From positions 32,001 to 96,000 of the forward strand of contig CAVVKN010000003.1 of NCBI GenBank assembly GCA_963748825.1: a stretch of 64,000 nucleotides of DNA, in the 5' to 3' direction. The notes under the pieces are model-generated. The model made no database searches and was not told the DNA's origin. It worked only from the letters and a program-made list of their open reading frames with translations. The translations under genes were made by a program, and so were the position numbers. Shown here in pieces: positions 50,418-60,628 of this stretch (position 1 is the first letter of the stretch; the number at the start of each line of letters is the position of its first letter). The stretch is from Methanotrichaceae archaeon. Lineage in GTDB: Archaea > Halobacteriota > Methanosarcinia > Methanotrichales > Methanotrichaceae.

Positions 50418-51381
50418 ATGGAAAGATCCAGGACTAGATATTTGTTAAAGACCTCAATTGCGTTGATATTGGGGCTGGCCCTCATCTCCAGCGGGAGCGC
50501 AACTTTCTGGTCTTCCACAGTGGGCACGAAATCCTCATCCTGGTCCATCTACCGCCAGAGCGGGAACTTGAGCTTCGATTACTCTCAATCGGTTCAAGGG
50601 AACCGTATCGCCCGTAGACTACCATGGCAGATCCCTGAGCCCTTACCACTCCGACTACCAAGAGGTGAATGTGAACGACGTCCGCCTGCGCGACCGAACC
50701 TCTGCCTTCCAGGGAAACTACAGCTCAGAGGAGCTGATGTACCTGCGGTCGGATACCAGCAATTCGATTAGCATTGACAACACCAAGTCCGGAGGAAGCT
50801 CGGTCTACACCATCCAGTACGTTGAGCAATGGCCTGTGATTCTCAAATATGGCAAAAACATGAGGTACTCCGGCAGGGAGATAAACGACCGGGAGTTTGT
50901 GGGGAACAATCTGGACTTTGCAGGCAGCAGTCTGCTCTACAACCAGGAGCTTTCTAGGGATACATACGCGGGCCTACTGCTGAAGAGGATGAACGCTACC
51001 GTGCTGGCTACCGATGATGCTATTCTCTCTGCTGATTTCATGCCTTCCAGAGAGATGGTCTACAGGATCAAGACTCATACTACCGGCATTGCAGACCTGA
51101 AATACAGGCTGACCAGCCCCAGCTATGATCTCAAACATGTGAGCTATCCGGCGTTGATCCAGGGCGAGGAGAGGTACGTTGGGACCTACAATATCACAAG
51201 GAGCATCCACATTAAATCCGATTTCGAGAAGCCCGACTTCGAGAACAGCACGCCAGAGGACTGGCTCCCCTGCTGCTTTGCCGGCTGGAGCGACATGAAT
51301 CCCCTGGACAAGAGGGACTTGGGGGTCAGTGCCAAAGAGATCTTCGACTGTAGCTGCGGCAAATTTCCCGCTATTGAGTAG
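50418..51381 (+). CDS. Secreted hypothetical protein with C-terminal WLPCC...FDCSC motif (single extra base at ~50599)
   Basis: Signal peptide; removing one G in CAAGGGAACC joins ORFs 50418-50771 and 50665-51381. Confidence 0.7.
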
Positions 51382-51396
51382 CTAGATCAGGCAGCT

Positions 51397-52152
51397 TTGC
51401 TGGTCTTTGAGAAACAGTCCAATCCCTACCTCAATGCAGTCCATTCTCAGGTCGAACAGGATGTCTTGAGGAGGCTTCAGAAATCCTTTGACAACTTCTT
51501 TCGAAGAGTTCGCGAAGGGGCTCGAAAAAAAGGCTACCCCAGGTTCAAGTCCATTAACCACTATCGCTCGGTTACCTATCCACAGTCCGGGTTTAAGCTG
51601 AATGGCTCTCGGCTGACACTTTCAAAAATTTTCGGCACAATTAGAACCTTTGTGCATAGGCCGATTGTGGGCAGGATCAAAACCTGTTCGATCAAGCGAG
51701 ATAAGACAAATGCATGGTATGTCATATTTACGACCGAGCTTGAGAATCCAACCAAGCAGGAGACCAAGACCACGATCGGAGTAGACCTTGGCATCACTCA
51801 TGCAGCCGTAACTTCGGACGGTCAGTACTTCGACTATCCAAAGTACTATTTCCAAGCTGAAAAGAAGAATCGAGCTGCCAATAAATCGTTGTATCGCAAG
51901 GAGCTCGGTTCCAATAACCGGAAGAAAGCCCAGACAAAGTTGGCCCGGATCGCAAAGAGGGTAACCAACCTTCGAGAGGAGTTCTTGCATCAGGTATCCT
52001 GGAAACTTGTAAACTCGGCTGACAGAATCATATTCGAAGATCTGAGCATCCAGAATATGCTTAAGAACCATTGTCTGGCAAAGCATATTCAGGATGTCTC
52101 ATGGGGAAAGCTAATACGCTTCACGGTGAGCAAGGCTGAAAGAGCTGGCTGA
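51397..52152 (+). pseudogene. tnpB: Truncated TnpB (no N-terminal HTH, zinc finger, RuvC-III or IS ends)
   Basis: GYPRFK, YPQSG, GVDLG, FEDL; stops at KAERAG. Confidence 0.88.
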
Positions 52153-52162
52153 ATCCAGAAGA

Positions 52163-52336
52163 TCATGCTAAATCTCTCACCGCCTCCAGCACCTTTTTCG
52201 CCGCCGAGCACCTCTCCGCCCTGGAGGTATCTGCCGCCATCTGCTCCAGATCCCCGACGTTGATTTGGCCCATCTTGAACTTTGTAACAAGAATGCCGGT
52301 CATGACGGCATCGCTATGCTTCGCTTTCTTAGCCAA
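52163..52336 (-). CDS. 57-aa hypothetical protein
   Basis: Manual translation from TTG (purine-rich RBS): MAKKAKHSDAVMTGILVTKFKMGQINVGDLEQMAADTSRAERCSAAKKVLEAVRDLA. Confidence 0.55.
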   Translation of the reverse strand: MAKKAKHSDAVMTGILVTKFKMGQINVGDLEQMAADTSRAERCSAAKKVLEAVRDLA

Positions 52337-52489
52337 TTTTCCCCCTACCTAACACGCCTGCCTGGATCTCTCTGGCCTGGCCCCTCAGGTAGTCGATGGA
52401 GGAGTAATTAGCTTGTGCTCAGCCGTTCGACCGCCAACTACAAATATTCATAACGATCATATAGATAGTTTGCCGCTTCACGCCATGAT

Positions 52490-52856
52490 AGGGTGGCGGG
52501 CGTGCCGTGGGCTTAACGTATCTGATGATGCTCTGATGACAAGGGTGTTTGCTCCACCATGGAGCAACATGCCGCTAGCTCCTAAAGGCTGGTTGGTCTT
52601 GATCCCTTGGTACAGGAGATGCATGCCGTCGTGGCACTGCATTTGGCTACGAGCCTGTGAGGCTGATATTTCGGCGGGCTGAAAAAGTTGCGCGCTGTAA
52701 CAGGCGCAGTAATCTGCCGGATCTCACGCTAATACACGGTCGGGGCATGAAACGGCACAAGTAGAAGTCGAAGGCGAGAGGGCGAGCACGAGGCCCCATG
52801 AGAACGGGTTCCCATAAAACGGACGCTGTGTGAGATTCCAGCGCTTGTGCCGCCTT
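52490..52856 (+). ncRNA. Candidate large structured non-coding RNA of unrecognised family
   Basis: Nested long-range helices, several local hairpins, an 11-bp crossing complementarity, G-U pairs on the + strand, upstream TATA-like box, no credible ORF (see findings). Confidence 0.6.
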
Positions 52857-53488
52857 CGAGCCCGGCTTATTAGAGTCGAGCTTCGGGCAGGGTCAGGCCA
52901 ACACTATGCGGTGATTGGCTCCTCCTAAAAGGGCGCTGTGGATCGGCGCTGGCCTGCCTGAGACTTGATGTATCATTTTCTTGGCTATTTCTTTTGGGGT
53001 GGAGATGGTCTTTTCTAACTTGAAGCGAAAGCCTTTTATCTCGGCAATTGACGTATGGTATATTGGCGAAAGTCGATGGCAGTTTTTCCCCTCCTACATC
53101 CAATTGACTTTCTCCTCCCACCTTCTTATTCATCAAACGCTTTCATAAGGGCCTAAAGCATCCTGCCTCAGCTTTCTAAAAGAAAGACTTATAGCCTGAC
53201 TCGTCCTTCATTCCTTCAAGAACGCCAGCCATAAGGAGAAGAGGCAATTAAGTCGGAGCGATGAGGCTTGAGGACTGGCCAGGCCCGCAGCTCCATTTAT
53301 CTCATTCAGCATAATCGATTTTATGGGCTCGCTGCAGGTTGTACGCACCGCCTCATACAACAGCTCGGTATGATGAAAAACGGCTAAAAGAGCTCTTTGA
53401 GCTAAGTCGTCATTTCATAGTTTATAGGCATAAAACAAAATCCTCTCTGCTATTGATCTAATCAATATGCCCCGACATAAATTTGTAA

Positions 53489-55137
53489 CCTGACCTCCCC
53501 AAAGTTTAGGCACACATATGAAGTGCATCCAGGATTTCTCGCTGTTTCTTGGTAATCTCAGTTGTGATTTTCTCGCCATCCGGCAAGATCATTAGCTTGA
53601 TCTTTTCTAGTTCAGTGAGCAGTCCTTCCACTGAATATCGTTTATTCAGCTCGGCATTGACCATGAGCCTGGTCAGCTTCATTCTTAAGATCAGAGCAAG
53701 AAAAGCGACGAACAGATAGCCACTCAAACTGTTATTGGTTCTTAGGTTTGTTGGCATCAGTTCAATGTCGTTCTTCAATACATCGAATCCTTTCTCGACG
53801 ACATCCTTGCTTCTGTAAAGTGAAAGACAATCATTCCAAGAAAACTCGCCCCGATACAGCAGAATAAACTTACCCATCTTATTGATGGCCTGAGAGACGG
53901 CATTTTTTCTGAGGGAGACCTCAAATTTTCCGTCAATTGCTTTCCATTCGATGAACTTGGCATCCTTTTTTGCCGTTTCCCTGAAAACCACACTCGGAAT
54001 CATCCAGCTCTTTAAGGTCACAGCCTTGAGCCGTTCCATTAAATCGTATAGCCGCTTATAGAGAGTACTTCGTTCCAACTGCTCTCGCTTCTGATCGTAA
54101 TATGCGTATCCTTTCAGCTTGTTTTTGCCTACCTCGATGTCCACAGGCATGACAAAAAGCGGTTCTTTCTCGTAGAGTTCCAAATTCTCAGGATCATCGA
54201 TGCTGCTATGGATGGCGGATATCGCCTCTTTGACATTTTTGAGAGTACTTGTTGGGGGGATGATGAACGACAAATCCGCTGAGACCATCTCATGGATATT
54301 GGCAGTCGAGAAGAAACCACGATCCATGATCATAGTATAATTCTGAACACCCAGGGCCTTTATTTTTTTGACTGTATTCGTGAGGGTAGTTACATCCGAG
54401 ATGCTTCCTGGATATAGATCATACATTACCGGTATGCCTAGATCCTTGTCCACAATCAGAGACAGGTTGATCTGAGGCAGATCGAGACCATCTCGATTAT
54501 AACCGTATTCCAGTAGGCCTATGTTTTGAGAGTAAGAGGACAAAGAAGTGATATCATAAACCAGAGTGCTGCATGTTGAGATTCTTTGGATTAGTCGATG
54601 AGCGAATTCCAGATTCGCGGTGCTCTCACCGATACGGCTTAGCATTCGAGAAAGGCTCTGAGAGGATAGGGGAAGATCAGGATGGTCTTCCGATAGAATT
54701 GTGCCTTCATACCAGCTTTGGATATGGGTTAATGCTCGGGGACGCAAAGCAAAATTCATAGCCAGAGTTAAAACAGGCCAGACTTCTTTGCTGGGCAAGA
54801 CTCCAGAGAGAATTTCGTCTAGTTTAAGGTCTTCTGTTATCTTTTTCAGTGGAACGAATTCGCCATGTGATAGAACTTTCTTTGGTATTTTTCCCTGAGA
54901 TCGGACCTTGACAGGAACTCCATTAACATTCTTGCCGAGGTACTTGCTCTTCTGGCGAATTTTCTTCTTTTCTTTGTCGTAGTAAGGAGTGATTTTGTAT
55001 ATGTATTCAATTCCACTTATATTTTTTATTCGATTAAACGATTTCATGTGCATATTTAGGCACATAATATTATTTATAGATTTCGGCTATAGATAACGAA
55101 AATTGTTTAAATATGCCTAAATCATGGGGAGGTCAGG
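53489..55137 (-). mobile_element. IS1634-family insertion sequence, 1649 bp
   Basis: 24-bp terminal inverted repeats CCTGACCTCCCCA(AAG/TGA)TTTAGGCA; 6-bp target duplication TTGTAA at 53483-53488 and 55138-55143. Confidence 0.93.
53506..55065 (-). CDS. IS1634-family DDE transposase
   Basis: YDITS, GYNRD...PQINL, PG...D, MDRGF, Y..KD.VEK.F..LK. Confidence 0.93.
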   Translation of the reverse strand: MCLNMHMKSFNRIKNISGIEYIYKITPYYDKEKKKIRQKSKYLGKNVNGVPVKVRSQGKIPKKVLSHGEFVPLKKITEDLKLDEILSGVLPSKEVWPVLTLAMNFALRPRALTHIQSWYEGTILSEDHPDLPLSSQSLSRMLSRIGESTANLEFAHRLIQRISTCSTLVYDITSLSSYSQNIGLLEYGYNRDGLDLPQINLSLIVDKDLGIPVMYDLYPGSISDVTTLTNTVKKIKALGVQNYTMIMDRGFFSTANIHEMVSADLSFIIPPTSTLKNVKEAISAIHSSIDDPENLELYEKEPLFVMPVDIEVGKNKLKGYAYYDQKREQLERSTLYKRLYDLMERLKAVTLKSWMIPSVVFRETAKKDAKFIEWKAIDGKFEVSLRKNAVSQAINKMGKFILLYRGEFSWNDCLSLYRSKDVVEKGFDVLKNDIELMPTNLRTNNSLSGYLFVAFLALILRMKLTRLMVNAELNKRYSVEGLLTELEKIKLMILPDGEKITTEITKKQREILDALHMCA

Positions 55138-55353
55138 TTGTAAGCCTATTTTCCATAGCGCACTATCAGGGAGTTTGAGCCGGGAAGTATCCTTATAATA
55201 ATATCTCGTGGTTTAATGGATATCGAAAAAAAAGAAAGATGGATTACAGGTTGCACATACTACGAAGAACTGGAATCTGTTCGTATATCCCAGTTCCTCA
55301 GCCTTGGCAAAGGCCTGCATCGCTTCTAAGATTGCTCATAAATGGTACTATCT

Positions 55354-56076
55354 CTATGCCCAGCCCTGCTCCTTTAGCACATTTGATGCAGCATCTCGGA
55401 TGTAGCTATCCTTGTCCTCCTTGGAAGCCTGGATCAATGGATCAGCTGCTCGAGCATCATTGATTTTTCCAAGAGCCCCAGCAGCCCAATATCTAACGCT
55501 TTTATAATCATCCTTCAGCGCCTGTATGAGCGGATCTACAGCACGGCTATCTTTGATATTTCCCAGAGCTTCCGCAGACTGATATCTTACGCGGGGGTCT
55601 TCGTCCTTCAAAGCCTGAATCAATGGCTCGACTGCTTTTTCACTCCCGATCTTTCCAAGAGCCCCAGCAGCTCTAGCTCGGACAGAACTATTAGCATCAT
55701 TCAGAGATTGTATCAGCGGATCCACAGCTCCAGAATCATTCAGCTCCCCAAGAGCCAACGCCGCAGAACCTCGAACTTCCCAATTTGGATCATTCAAGGC
55801 TTGAATCAATGGATCAACAGCACGGTCATCTTTGATCCATCCCAGAGCTTTCGCAGACTCCGATCGAACAGAGCTATTGTCATCCTTAAGGGCCTGGATT
55901 AAAGGCTCAACAGCACTGACATCATTTAGCTCGCCGAGAGTCATTGCCGCATCTACTCGGGTAATGCTATTTTCGTTTTTGAGGGCCTGAATACTCTGAT
56001 CAACGTTTTCAGCTAAAACTGGCGTTGCGAACACCATTAGGATAAACGCAAATACAATGGTCAATTCACATCTCAC
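55354..56076 (-). CDS. Secreted HEAT (PBS-lyase) repeat protein
   Basis: Signal peptide, then ~7 repeats AV.PLIQALKD....VR..AA.ALG. Confidence 0.92.
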   Translation of the reverse strand: MRCELTIVFAFILMVFATPVLAENVDQSIQALKNENSITRVDAAMTLGELNDVSAVEPLIQALKDDNSSVRSESAKALGWIKDDRAVDPLIQALNDPNWEVRGSAALALGELNDSGAVDPLIQSLNDANSSVRARAAGALGKIGSEKAVEPLIQALKDEDPRVRYQSAEALGNIKDSRAVDPLIQALKDDYKSVRYWAAGALGKINDARAADPLIQASKEDKDSYIRDAASNVLKEQGWA

Positions 56077-56143
56077 GTTTTTATCTCCTTTTTAATTCGT
56101 TTTATACTAGATTTCTGCTTAGGGACAACTCAATTGCGAAAGA

Positions 56144-56169
56144 GATATGGGGATCCGGATCCCCATATC
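56144..56169. repeat. Perfect 26-bp palindrome GATATGGGGATCCGGATCCCCATATC
   Basis: Read directly; intergenic between two minus-strand genes. Confidence 0.9.
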
Positions 56170-56214
56170 GCTCGGCTTGGTCCTTGATGAAGGAATGGCG
56201 CATTTTGCGGTATT

Positions 56215-57387
56215 CTAGCGTGGGATTAGCTTAAACGTCTCCCAGGGACCTATAGCATTTCGGTTAGCTACGACTGCTCCGCCACCGCCGTTTTCGGCAC
56301 AGACGTATTGGCCATTGGCGGCCTGCAGAGCATAATATCCATTTTCCCTATCTATGAGTTTGAAGGTCTCCCAGGAACCTATAGCATTTCGGTTAGCTAC
56401 GACTGCTCCGCCACCGCTGCCTTCGGCACTGACGTATTGGCCATTGGCGGCCTGCAGAGCATAATATCCATTTTCCCTATCTATGAGTTTGAAGGTCTCC
56501 CTGGCACCTATAGCATTTCGGTTAGCTACGACTGCACCGCCACCGCTGCCTTCGGCACTGACGTATTGGCCATTGGCGGCCTGCAGAGCATAATATCCAT
56601 GGAATAAACCAAAGGTTCCTAATGGGAAGGAGTTGAAATCCGGATAGTAGTAGGGATAGTAAGTAGATAAATAATTGGTCCGGTAATAGGTCTGATCCGG
56701 AGACTGAGTCTGAGTAGGTAGATAAGTGAGAACTGGTTGTTGGTATGATGGTGGGGTGTAGCTCGTAACATCGATAACTATTGAATTACTTATCTGACCG
56801 TCAATAGCGATAAGCAGTATGTGCTGTCCCATCGAATCTGCATAGAAGTCTATTTGATTATATCCTGGGTAGAAATAGAAGGTATTCTTATACAACATTC
56901 CGTCAGGATGTATCTCGTAGAGTTTACCATTTCCACCAGTTGATGATGTCGCCATTAACGACAGACTTGATCCTTGCGGAACTTTGGCGTACTGAGTCCA
57001 GCTTGAAGAGCCTTGTATCCACAGTGAATTACCACCTGTGTATGTGGCATAAGTCTGGTATTGAGTATATGGCATTGCCTGCATTTGATAGCTGAAGTAA
57101 ACTGTAGTTGGTGTCTTGTCTTTTATCTCACCCTTCTTCGGAGCTTCAATATGCTTCTTAGGGGAAGATCCTGTGGGGATCGAGTAGTATTGAGAATATA
57201 TATCAGATGCACCATAAGAAGGTGGGTTGCCACCTACCCAGGGCTGACCGAAACCATAATTGAACAGCTTTTCTGCCGTAGCTTCACCAGGACGCGTTTT
57301 TACGTCGCTTCCATCTAATGCTGAGACACACCCCATCAAAGAAATGATGAGGACAATCGATATCAGAATCTTATTCATATTCCTCAC
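56215..57387 (-). CDS. Secreted protein with a C-terminal fascin-like beta-trefoil (3 x 43 aa)
   Basis: Signal peptide; repeats YALQAANGQYV.AE..GGGAVVANRNAIG.(W/R)ETF; 129-bp DNA repeats at ~56236-56600. Confidence 0.88.
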   Translation of the reverse strand: MRNMNKILISIVLIISLMGCVSALDGSDVKTRPGEATAEKLFNYGFGQPWVGGNPPSYGASDIYSQYYSIPTGSSPKKHIEAPKKGEIKDKTPTTVYFSYQMQAMPYTQYQTYATYTGGNSLWIQGSSSWTQYAKVPQGSSLSLMATSSTGGNGKLYEIHPDGMLYKNTFYFYPGYNQIDFYADSMGQHILLIAIDGQISNSIVIDVTSYTPPSYQQPVLTYLPTQTQSPDQTYYRTNYLSTYYPYYYPDFNSFPLGTFGLFHGYYALQAANGQYVSAEGSGGGAVVANRNAIGARETFKLIDRENGYYALQAANGQYVSAEGSGGGAVVANRNAIGSWETFKLIDRENGYYALQAANGQYVCAENGGGGAVVANRNAIGPWETFKLIPR

Positions 57388-57781
57388 ACGTTATGCATCC
57401 TTTAGAATTCCAGTTCGATCTCCATTGCATAGGTTCTGCTTTTCCCTTTTGCATCGGAGATTAGTAATTCTAGATACTCCCAGTTATGCATGCAATAGAG
57501 CTATTACAACAACATATACCATAAGATATGTCCGTCATCGAACGATCTCTAACGTATCCGCTTTGGCCCATGTTGGGGCTAATCCAATCTCCGCTAGATC
57601 CCATTACGCTGCCACTACCACTGGAATTTTAACGTTTCCGCCTTCTAGATAGTCTTGTCCAGTTTCTCCGAAGACTATTATGCTATATTTGCATTTAAAG
57701 CTATTTACAATTTACAATTAAAAATTAAAAACTAGAAAGCACTAAAATTTACTATCCTGACTACCTGCGTTAGGACTTCCC

Positions 57782-58846
57782 TTGGAGCGCATTATCTGTA
57801 ACCAAGATGACGTTTTGGGAGCAACATCTTTCCGGCTCGGTGCGCCCATTGCCGAAGAGTATCAACGTGCGGTCAAGGGCAGCCGCTTCACCCTCCTGAT
57901 CCTCAGCCCCGCCTATTTGGCCGACCAATGGGGAGTATTTGGCAAAAACCTCGTATTTTATCTCAATGTGGCCGAGCAGCGTTACCGTTTGATACCGATG
58001 GCGCGGGAGCAGTGCGAGCTCCCTCTGAATATTGAGTTTCTCGTACAATTGGACTGCACCGCCCAAGACCGGTGGGAGGCCAAAGCCAAAAAACTGCGGG
58101 AGCTGCTCAAGCAACCGGAGCCGGAACTCGAGCATATTAAATGCCCCTACCCTGGCATGGGAGCCTTCTCGGACGAGAGGGCCCTGGTGGCTAACGGCGG
58201 TTTTCTTGGGGCCGGGACCATGAGTGCCCGCCTTCGCTCTGAATCCAAAGGAACTGCCAGCGCAGTGGCTTGTGTTTCTGTGGACGGGAAGCAGTGGCTG
58301 GAAGATGAGGATCTTAATAACGTCAACCGCGACCGTGATGGCATGGTAATGTCCCTGGAAGGCCTTCGTGCAGATCAGACGGGAAATCTGGGCACCTTGT
58401 GCATGCGGGCTGCGGACATGAAACGAGCCGATTATGAGGCGGAATTTGGGCTAAACCGGCAGGCATCCAATGCCGGATCAGCCTCAACGGATGCATTCTT
58501 ACAGGACGGGGCCATCACATCCACGATTTTGTACCTGAACAATCCCAGCGCCTACCTGCTGAAGGGATGGAAATGGACTGCGACGGACCCTCAGATCAAC
58601 TTGATCCTGAAGAACGACGCGGTCCTCGCAAGCGAAGGTCTTGGTACAAATGCCCAGGCAACAATCGCCGCTGCCGCCAATATCTGGGATAATGCCGTGG
58701 CTAAGAACCTCTTTGCAGATGGCAATGCTCTCGTGACATTGGATCCTGGTGCAAATGTCGATACCCGGGATAATAGAAATGTGCACGCTTGGGCGCCCAT
58801 AATACTCCTCGCGAAGCAGGATCGCCTCCTTGAGTATTTTCATTAG
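57782..58846 (+). pseudogene. Chimeric ORF: TIR-like domain fragment fused to an internal fragment of the neighbouring metallopeptidase family
   Basis: AV..SRFTLLILSPAYL..QW...RLIP (TIR-like), CPYPGM, then ALVANGGFLGAG...AAANIWDNAVAKNLF as in 59117/60822; lacks the HExxH motif. Confidence 0.65.
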
Positions 58847-59116
58847 CAGGCGGCATGCTCAATTATTGCGGGTGAAGAGATAATACGGTAATATCACAAT
58901 GGCTAACTATACCACCATTATAAATTTTTTAAAAGACGTAGCGTAAGAATTATTAGACCTTATCATTCATTCTTATCTTTTCATTTTGAGGATAGTTCTA
59001 TAAGGTAATCGTAATCTATTGTGAGTTTAAGCAATACGATTTCGCACCCATATGGCCCAAAAACTTAAATACAGACTTTTAAAATAATTCTAATACTGAA
59101 TATTGAGGTTGTATGT

Positions 59117-60628
59117 ATGGTGGGCAGACTTCTTGGCTTGACTTTGACATGGCTCATGACTGTATTTACTATTGTTGCGCCTGTGTCAGGCATCCAGGTA
59201 AGCTGCAGCACTGGAGATGTCTCATCCACAGAGAGCTTCGATTTGGACGACTCCACATCTCTGCATGAGCAGCTCGACCTTAACAGGGGCAGCATCTACC
59301 AGGACCGTCAGGCGAGCGGCGCCGGCAAAAACAGCCTGACGCATTCTATCTCGGGAAATGGTTACTCTCTGCAAAATGACATCGCCAACGAGGGAGCGTT
59401 TGGCGTCTCTACATCCTCAGCCGCAACAGCAGAGGCGGCCAGCCTCAGCCAGGACGTGAGCGGCGCGGGCAGCCTGAATCTTGCCCTGAGCGGCACGCAG
59501 GGGTCCAGGGAGGCGGGCCAGGATGCTGGCATTGAATTTGGTGCATTGTCCAGCGCGCAATCTCTCTATGTCGGCCAGGATGCGGCGATCGCCAGACAGA
59601 GCAGCGCCATGGCTGGCCAGGAGGGCTACTTGGGCACGGGAGCCTTTTCCGAGAGCAACGCCATGCTGGCGGCAGGCAGCTTCCAGGGAGCAGGAATCCT
59701 ACAGGCACAGCTTAGCTCGACAGCAACAGAGCGGGCTGCGGCTGGTGGAGAGGCCTCACTGGATGGAGTAACCTGGCTGAATGATGACACTTTCCAGGCG
59801 GTGTCCTTGGAGAGCATAGGAATGGGCATGGCTGGGCAAAGAGTGGTGGGGGATGGCGTAGGCACCTTTGAAATGAGCGTTCTTAACCTGGGGCAGGGAG
59901 AGCCGGCAGCGAAGGAGAGCGGTCAAGCCTATCAGACGGCCGCTCAGACGGCGGGAGGCTCCTCTTCATCTTATCTATTGACTGGATACCGGTTGAACAG
60001 CGCGACTCCGGTGCAGCTCTACCTGAATCCGGCAAATGCACCATCCGGCATGACGGATGCCTCCTCCAGGGATGCCATAGCCGCGGGGGCCAATACCTGG
60101 GATGACAACGTTGCTTCGAACATCTATGCGGACGGGAGTGCAGTGATTGTGGACTCTTCCAAGGTGGTGGACAATCCACTCTCCAGCACGCCGAAGAGAG
60201 ACGGCTACAATGTGAATGCCTGGTGGGGTCTGGGGAGCAACTATCTGGGATTATGTCGCTGGTGGACCAATGGGGTGGCGGCGGATGGTTATTATTCAAT
60301 TATCGAAGCAGATGTCTGGTACTCTCGCGACAAAAGCTGGACTACAGACTGGAATACGGCAGTTAGTACAGGCAAGATCGACCTGCAGAGCGTTGCCGTA
60401 CACGAGCTGGGTCACGGCATAGGCATGGGGGATATTTACTCTTCGACTTATGGCGGAACGCTGGATCCCAGCGACCCGCGAACCAAGGACTTCGACCAGG
60501 TGATGAATCTCTACAACGGGCCGCAGAGGCTCCTCGGAAACGGGGATTTGACAGGGGTGCAAAAGCTGTATGGGCAGACGGGCGCGGGCCCGTTGTACTG
60601 CATGTCGGCACCGTTTACGACACTTTAG
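59117..60628 (+). CDS. Secreted metzincin (matrixin-like) metallopeptidase
   Basis: Signal peptide, Ser/Gly/Ala-rich N-terminal half, DLQSVAVHELGHGIGMGD, Met-turn QVMN. Confidence 0.85.
   Translation: MVGRLLGLTLTWLMTVFTIVAPVSGIQVSCSTGDVSSTESFDLDDSTSLHEQLDLNRGSIYQDRQASGAGKNSLTHSISGNGYSLQNDIANEGAFGVSTSSAATAEAASLSQDVSGAGSLNLALSGTQGSREAGQDAGIEFGALSSAQSLYVGQDAAIARQSSAMAGQEGYLGTGAFSESNAMLAAGSFQGAGILQAQLSSTATERAAAGGEASLDGVTWLNDDTFQAVSLESIGMGMAGQRVVGDGVGTFEMSVLNLGQGEPAAKESGQAYQTAAQTAGGSSSSYLLTGYRLNSATPVQLYLNPANAPSGMTDASSRDAIAAGANTWDDNVASNIYADGSAVIVDSSKVVDNPLSSTPKRDGYNVNAWWGLGSNYLGLCRWWTNGVAADGYYSIIEADVWYSRDKSWTTDWNTAVSTGKIDLQSVAVHELGHGIGMGDIYSSTYGGTLDPSDPRTKDFDQVMNLYNGPQRLLGNGDLTGVQKLYGQTGAGPLYCMSAPFTTL

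Noticed and set aside
8170-50600. Frameshifts in paaK (~8180), DUF1614 (~10688), cbiM (~45569) and the secreted gene (~50599) as programmed recoding or pseudogenes
   Set aside because: All four are repaired by removing one base, share no slippery motif and lie in otherwise undecayed genes; sequencing or assembly insertion errors are the simplest explanation. A read pile-up would decide.
51397-52152. Second tnpB as a domesticated nuclease-dead regulator or partner of the large RNA
   Set aside because: It is truncated at both ends with no IS right end, and an opposite-strand gene separates it from the RNA candidate; simple decay is more likely.
52502-52758. Hammerhead ribozyme within the large RNA candidate (CUGAUGA ... 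GAAAC with flanking stems)
   Set aside because: The cleavage triplet would be GUG, stem I is poor and an extra U separates stem II from GAAA, so it is not a canonical core.
52490-52965. RNase P, SRP RNA, tmRNA, group I or group II intron identity for the structured region
   Set aside because: No GAGGAAAGUCC, no SRP helix-8 motif, no group II 5' GUGYG or domain V, no group I P7 G-binding motif found on either strand.
52870-53480. 88-aa ORF and neighbouring frames next to IS1634
   Set aside because: Only short protein-like patches in different frames; at most an unidentifiable gene remnant.
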